From an uncultured Nitrososphaerota archaeon (GTDB taxonomy: Archaea > Thermoproteota > Nitrososphaeria > Conexivisphaerales > DTJL01), in contig CAWJIE010000010.1 in NCBI GenBank assembly GCA_963842885.1, forward strand, positions 1-23,298: a DNA stretch of 23,298 nucleotides, given 5' to 3'. A program made the translations under genes and the position numbers. Position 1 is the stretch's first letter. Every line of letters starts with the position of its first letter. The notes beneath the pieces were generated by a model. It ran no database searches, was not told the DNA's origin, and was given only the letters and a program-made list of their open reading frames with translations. Shown piece after piece: positions 18,566 to 23,298 of this stretch.

Positions 18566-18637
18566 GACGATGGTAGACGCTGGGTCTTGACCAAGTAGAG
18601 GTTCCATATTCCGTGCATCTTCGTCAGAAGTATGAGG

Positions 18638-18667
18638 TTCAATCGTAGGCTTGGACCTGCGAATGGG
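18638..18667 (+). repeat. 30-bp site copy A1 (arm-CTTGGA-arm)
   Basis: TTCAATCGTAGG-CTTGGA-CCTGCGAATGGG. Confidence 0.9.
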
Positions 18668-18758
18668 CTGACTGGATATCTATCGCTGCTGGAAAAGGAG
18701 TCAATATCCTCGATCGGCACTGTCTCATCGAATCGGCTTGCCTAGTTCAGCTGCCTGG

Positions 18759-19280
18759 TCAGTGATCGGAGCGATGTCTGCGGATGTTCATTTCTTCGGT
18801 CAGAACCCATGTCTTGCCACCATCGTGCGTCTCCTCCGAATGCCACCTAAAGGAACTTGGCTTGACATCTGAAAAGACCCAACGCTCGGGATGACCCTCC
18901 TTCGTCTTGTTCTCAAGGACGATCTCCTCCCCCACCTTCCGGGCGATGAACGTCTGCACTGTAGAACTGAGTGCGGAGATCCAGGTGCTCCGCCAGGCAT
19001 CAATCGAAGGGTCATAGACCCTGACCGTGGTGCCAACCGGGATGACCCTTTTGGAACCTTCGTCATAGGTCATCCATACATCCTGTATGGCCCTGCCATC
19101 GAGGACCCACCCGAAATGCACTTCGCCCTTCTCCTTGAACGCAACTCCGCTGGGACTTGGGCTCCTGACGCCGACGATATCCCAATCCCCCACGAACTGG
19201 CCGAAGAGCATCAGCTTGTCCTTGAATTCCGGATGCGGACCATTCGAAACCAGGCCTCTGATTCCCTTTCGTTCCATCAT
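18759..19280 (-). CDS. DUF1579-like beta-rich hypothetical protein
   Basis: FGQFVGDWD, GEVHFGWVLDGRAIQDVW, GTTVRVYDP..DAWRSTW, SFRWHSEETHDGGKTW. Confidence 0.85.
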   Translation of the reverse strand: MMERKGIRGLVSNGPHPEFKDKLMLFGQFVGDWDIVGVRSPSPSGVAFKEKGEVHFGWVLDGRAIQDVWMTYDEGSKRVIPVGTTVRVYDPSIDAWRSTWISALSSTVQTFIARKVGEEIVLENKTKEGHPERWVFSDVKPSSFRWHSEETHDGGKTWVLTEEMNIRRHRSDH

Positions 19281-19342
19281 TAGTCCGCCCCTGACCTATA
19301 CTCTTAAGGGCTGCTATCGTCTACGAGAACGCACTGACTGAA

Positions 19343-19522
19343 TTGAGCTGGCTTACTCTCAACTGCAAGAACTGCCACCGCGACTTTGAGATCAGCGAGT
19401 TGCAGAGGAAGCTTGTCATTCCATGGTTTCTGTTCGGTAGGGTGCCAGGATATCGCTGGTACCTTACGCGCTGCCCTTATTGTCGCAAGAAGAGCTACAA
19501 CCGCCCGTCAAGCGATAGCTAA
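19343..19522 (+). CDS. 59-aa Zn-ribbon microprotein (not in ORF track)
   Basis: TTG start; MSWLTLNCKNCHRDFEISELQRKLVIPWFLFGRVPGYRWYLTRCPYCRKKSYNRPSSDS*: CxxC...CPxC; stop ends directly before site A2. Confidence 0.75.
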   Translation: MSWLTLNCKNCHRDFEISELQRKLVIPWFLFGRVPGYRWYLTRCPYCRKKSYNRPSSDS

Positions 19523-19552
19523 CCGCAAGACGGGCTTGGACCTACGAATGGG
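19523..19552 (+). repeat. 30-bp site copy A2
   Basis: CCGCAAGACGGG-CTTGGA-CCTACGAATGGG; followed by CTGAC as in A1; left arm degenerate. Confidence 0.85.
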
Positions 19553-19711
19553 CTGACCTCGTTCATCTTTAAGCTATTGAAAACAACATGTCAATTGGAC
19601 GAGAACCACATCGGCTGGCGGCCGCGGTATTCTTGGCTTGTGCTTCAAGCTTCAAGTGACAACGTTAATACGCCAGAAAGCAGGATTCGACGAGAAGAGG
19701 GCCAACAGACA

Positions 19712-20758
19712 TTGCCGCAATGCCCGATCTGCCACAGTGAAATAACTGCAGATTATGGCTTCTGTCCGAATTGTGGAGCACGTCTCGCTCCCGCGACCGC
19801 AGGCGGCAACGAGCGGCCTATAGAGAGCGGGAATACTGGTCTGCAAGGACAGCGCAAGTGGTCTAGGATCAGGGTCGCAGCGGCAATGATCATCGTACTG
19901 CTGGTGGTCGTTTCGGCGTTCGTCTTGATTTCATCAGTTTCCCCGACCCGTTCTATCAACCCCCAAACGAATTGCCCGCCGAGTCCCACTTCGTCGACCT
20001 ACATAGCGGCACCGAATCCGAACTATGACGCCCAGGAGGTGATGGTATTCACCCAGACATACACCCAGCTGGAATTCAACGTGACCGCCGTGGCTCAGTG
20101 CGACGCCAATGGGTACGGGCCGTCGTACCTTCTGAACGGCCTCTCGAATACAGGTTACTGGTACCAGGTAGGGATAAACTGGGACTGGCCACTTCAGACA
20201 GGCGGTTACAACTCGGGCTTCGGGTTTGTCAGTGAGGCATGGGCGCCGGGGGGACTGACGCGCGCGCCCCCTTCCGTCGCGTTCTCAGGCATCGTCAACC
20301 AAGGTGACATCATCGAACTGAGCCTGTCGTTCAACGGAGGCCAGGTGGTCGCTTCTGCGCGCGACTTGAACACGGGAGCAAGCGGCTCGATGAGCTATCC
20401 TGCGAGGACGGCGACCATGTTCGTCGGGTCGCAAGCGCAGGAGTCGCAACCAAGATTCTCGTTTGCGACGGAAGGTTACTTCACTGGCCTGATGACAGAG
20501 TGGTACCACGTAAGCGCGAACTACACTGGACCCGAGCGAAGTGTGAACTACTCCGAGAATACGATGTCAATAGCATCGGCTACGCTTGGCGTCGGCGAAT
20601 GGAACTTCACAGCTGCCACCCCCAGCTCGGTCTACTCTGACTTGGCCAACAATGGGAATGCGATAGATCTCGGTGCGCAGCCAAACCAGCTTCAACAGTT
20701 CGCGCTCAACGGATTCACGCTCTCAGCGGACGCGTACGAGTTCGTGACCGGGCCTTAG
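19712..20758 (+). CDS. Zn-ribbon + single TM + extracellular beta-rich domain protein
   Basis: CPIC...FCPNCGARL, one TM helix, then YGPSYLLNGLSNTGYWYQVG...FTGLMTEWYH with many NxS/T sites (thermopsin-like in character). Likely TTG start at 19712; the 19577 start lies inside a repeat block. Confidence 0.8.
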   Translation: MPQCPICHSEITADYGFCPNCGARLAPATAGGNERPIESGNTGLQGQRKWSRIRVAAAMIIVLLVVVSAFVLISSVSPTRSINPQTNCPPSPTSSTYIAAPNPNYDAQEVMVFTQTYTQLEFNVTAVAQCDANGYGPSYLLNGLSNTGYWYQVGINWDWPLQTGGYNSGFGFVSEAWAPGGLTRAPPSVAFSGIVNQGDIIELSLSFNGGQVVASARDLNTGASGSMSYPARTATMFVGSQAQESQPRFSFATEGYFTGLMTEWYHVSANYTGPERSVNYSENTMSIASATLGVGEWNFTAATPSSVYSDLANNGNAIDLGAQPNQLQQFALNGFTLSADAYEFVTGP

Positions 20759-21014
20759 CGTCACCAACGAGAGGTTCTCGAAGAACATCGATTGGTCGTG
20801 CACGGAAGACGAGGGATGATGACCCACGTCGACAAATGCGACCTTCCTTGCCTGATCGATCATCTGGATTACACCCCTGACTGATGATTCGAGGTCTCCA
20901 ATTCCGGGTGAAGCGGGTAGTCAGGGCAGGAATATGGACCTCCCACTGTCTAAGCTAAGTGATGGACGCGGGATGACTGCTGCCACCTGATATTCTTGGG
21001 TCTGGGTATTCGAT

Positions 21015-21044
21015 CTCAGAGGTAGGCTTGGACCTGCGAATGGA
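21015..21044 (+). repeat. 30-bp site copy A3
   Basis: CTCAGAGGTAGG-CTTGGA-CCTGCGAATGGA. Confidence 0.9.
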
Positions 21045-21092
21045 CCTGATTCAGTTTCAAGTCTGCCCAACTCGTAACTTAGGCAAACAGAG

Positions 21093-21506
21093 TCAGCCCT
21101 CTCGTGGCAAGCTCCGGCGAATAATTGTCGGCCTGACGAAATAGCCCATCTTCCAAAGAATGCCCAGTGTCACAAGAGGCAACAGACAGAAGGCCAGATC
21201 TATGTACGCGCCAATGACGCCCTGAGCTGCATAGCCCCACGCATCAATTGTGAGGATGAGACATGGATAGATTGCCACGAAGCTGAACCAGCTCTTCCGG
21301 AAGACCCAGAACGCCGAGATGAAAGATATGGCGCTCGCCAGCAAGTAGGGCCAGGCGTCGATCCCCAATAGTATCGAAGTAAGCGGCAGAAGGCCGGTCT
21401 GCTGTGTTATGACAAACAGCACGCCGCAGATGCAATACAGCCCTAGAAAGATAAGCCATAGAAGCGTGATTACTGCAAGTTTCGGTTTGAACGAATTCAT
21501 GGCCAT
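21093..21506 (-). CDS. 4-TM membrane protein
   Basis: 137 aa, four hydrophobic segments; TATAAAA at ~21546-21552 on the minus strand. Confidence 0.75.
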   Translation of the reverse strand: MAMNSFKPKLAVITLLWLIFLGLYCICGVLFVITQQTGLLPLTSILLGIDAWPYLLASAISFISAFWVFRKSWFSFVAIYPCLILTIDAWGYAAQGVIGAYIDLAFCLLPLVTLGILWKMGYFVRPTIIRRSLPREG

Positions 21507-21582
21507 CTCCTAGCTGTCCATTGAACAAGAGTAGAGCGCTTGACCTTTTATACGAATCGTTCTCTCCGCGGGCCTCTTGAAT

Positions 21583-21612
21583 CTCAGGCGTAGGCTTGGA
21601 GCTGCGAATGGG
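21583..21612 (+). repeat. 30-bp site copy A4
   Basis: CTCAGGCGTAGG-CTTGGA-GCTGCGAATGGG. Confidence 0.88.
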
Positions 21613-21751
21613 AGCCACCGGAAGATGCTCTTGGATGGTTGTTGCGGCTGGGAAAGAAATCAATATTCTTCTTCAAGTCGCCGCCGGAATCAGGAATGGA
21701 AGTAGCGTTCAATGACACTAGAGTCGGGTACGAATCCTGCTGACGGGTTCG

Positions 21752-22180
21752 CTACCTCGATGCCTCTTCCGTATCCCGCAGCCGCCTGGCCAACTCCCTG
21801 TCGATCATCGCGGGCACGTCGGGGAAGAGGCGGACGAGGGCCTCGACGGACCATTGGGAGAGCGCAAAACAGCGGGTGGGCTCGATGGCGATGACTTGGG
21901 TCGGCCGTGGCTGGCCATGGAGCACGGCCATTTCGCCGAAGAACTCTCCCCCGCCGAGTTCCGAGAGCAGCATTCCCTCCCTCCTCATCTGGACCTTCCC
22001 CTCGAGTACTATGAAGAGGGCGATGCCACCTTCGCCCGCCTCGACGACCTTCTCGCCCGGCCGGAAGGACAGCTCCTGCCCCAGCTTGACTACCGTCAGC
22101 AGGTCCTTCCGCCCTAAACCAGCGAACAAGGCCACCGAACCCAGAGCATCCACCAGATCGCTCGGCGGGTCTGCTTCCAT
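21752..22180 (-). CDS. stand-alone cyclic-nucleotide-binding domain protein
   Basis: LFAGL..., F.PGE.VV.AGE.G..LFIVLEGKV, GEFFGEMAVL...PRPTQVIA; TTAAA ~27 nt upstream on the minus strand. Confidence 0.92.
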   Translation of the reverse strand: MEADPPSDLVDALGSVALFAGLGRKDLLTVVKLGQELSFRPGEKVVEAGEGGIALFIVLEGKVQMRREGMLLSELGGGEFFGEMAVLHGQPRPTQVIAIEPTRCFALSQWSVEALVRLFPDVPAMIDRELARRLRDTEEASR

Positions 22181-22220
22181 CGTTCTATATCACTTCGTGG
22201 AGAGATTTAAGTCTCCCGTG

Positions 22221-23298
22221 TTATGGTTTGGGAAACGGGGTCCGTGCCCCTTCCTCGACGACCTCCTCCTTGTCTTCGGGGTCGCTCTTCCCTACGGGGT
22301 TGCGCCTCCCCAGGAGCGGCCGCACGACCGGCCCGAAGGCGACGGCGACCCACATGCCCAGCAGCGCCGCGAAGCCGAGCGTCTGGCCGACCGCGACGGC
22401 GGCCACGACCGCCTCGCTGCGCATGAGGTCGGTGGAGGGCAGGCTGATCGAGGCGACGGCCGACCCGCCGGCCGAGCCCGCGCCCGGACCGGCCCCGGAG
22501 ACTCCGAGTCCCGGGCTGCCCGGGCCCCCGAACCCGCCACCGCCGCCGAAACCACCCGAGCCGCCGGAAGCGCCGAAGCCGCCGAAGGTGTTGGCGGACC
22601 CGAGCACGGCGTGCAGGTTGACGGTGTTCAGCAGCGCGATCCAGCAGTAAGCCAGGGCGCGCCCGAGATAGGGAGCGGCCAGGAGGGCGGCGGCCGGGAA
22701 GAACGGGAAGAGATAGCGCTCGTGAACCCGCGTCGGGACGGCGTAGAAGGCGAAGGCGACGACCGCGAATGCCAGCACGATGGTGCGGCGGTCGTCGCGG
22801 AACAGCAGGCCGGCGACCACGAGCAGGCATACGGCGGCCAGCAGCAGCGCGCCCACCTGGAAGGCCGTCAGGCTGGGCGAAGACGACGATGGAATCCGAA
22901 GTCCACGAGCCGCTGCCGCGGGCTATGGAAGCGAGCGGCTGGCTGCCGACGAGCGCCCAGGCGAAAAGGCGTTCGCGGTCAGGACCGCGTACTGTCCGGT
23001 GACGGACTGGAAGAGCCCGATCAAACCGGCCACCTGTCCGATGACCGGCAGACCGGCCAGGCTTGCCGGTGCGTACGTCGCGATGTCGAAGGGCAGGGAG
23101 CGGAACGATGCCGACGATGGCCCCGAGGAATATGGCCATGCCGAGCCTGAAGCGGGCCCTGGTCGGTCAGGCGGCCGCCCAGCCTCTCGTCGAGTGCTGA
23201 CAGCCGGCGGCCGAGTGACGGAACCGGGCCCGATCCCACACGCAGCAGGTGTCGCCTCACCAGCACCGGCAGCACCACGACCAGGCATATCGCGTCCT
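22221..23298 (-). CDS. GT-C type membrane glycosyltransferase (mannosyltransferase-like), partial and frameshifted
   Basis: AFAFYAVPTRVHERYLFPFF (HERY motif) and upstream Y.VLTANAF..WALVG pieces distributed over three frames; Gly-rich loop; runs off the window end. Confidence 0.7.

Noticed and set aside
18645-18671. Site A as a coding remnant (VGLDLRMG*) or a tRNA T-arm fragment
   Set aside because: No shared upstream ORF among the copies and no GTTC/cloverleaf context; the dyad symmetry fits a DNA site better, though a coding origin is not fully excluded.
18638-21612. CRISPR array reading of the 30-bp repeats
   Set aside because: Spacing is 0.57-1.5 kb with whole genes in between, copies diverge, and no cas genes are present.
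17070-21750. Classical integron attC sites
   Set aside because: No paired RYYYAAC...GTTRRRY long hairpins found by eye; genes alternate orientation and have their own TATA boxes; no IntI.
21876-23150. 424-aa + strand ORF
   Set aside because: Antisense shadow of the cNMP and GT-C genes in very GC-rich DNA; low-complexity translation.

Overview
Archaeal-looking DNA: TATA boxes about 25-35 nt upstream of mostly leaderless GTG/TTG/ATG starts, and stop/start overlaps. A non-ammonia-oxidising Nitrososphaerota-like host is my guess only. Left part (1-7.7 kb): small Zn-finger gene, ABC-2 exporter pair, frameshifted CDF metal transporter, YdjM-like hydrolase, and two convergent wHTH + nucleotidyltransferase (AbiEi/AbiEii-type) operons, each with its own palindromic operator. 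Middle: an AT-richer, multiply frameshifted NosD/CASH beta-helix surface protein, a TolB-like propeller, a 12-TM His-rich protein resembling a divergent heme-copper-oxidase fold, a membrane protein, an amidohydrolase and a GNAT. Most interesting is 17.7-21.7 kb: small accessory genes (two of them Zn-finger microproteins missed by the ORF track) separated by four direct copies of a 30-bp imperfect inverted repeat with an invariant 6-bp core (arm-CTTGGA-arm), plus other shared intergenic blocks. This looks like a tyrosine-recombinase-type gene-cassette array, but no recombinase is in the window. The last ~1 kb is a very GC-rich, bacterial-style GT-C glycosyltransferase fragment (HGT or chimera). 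Many single-base frameshifts suggest long-read errors.
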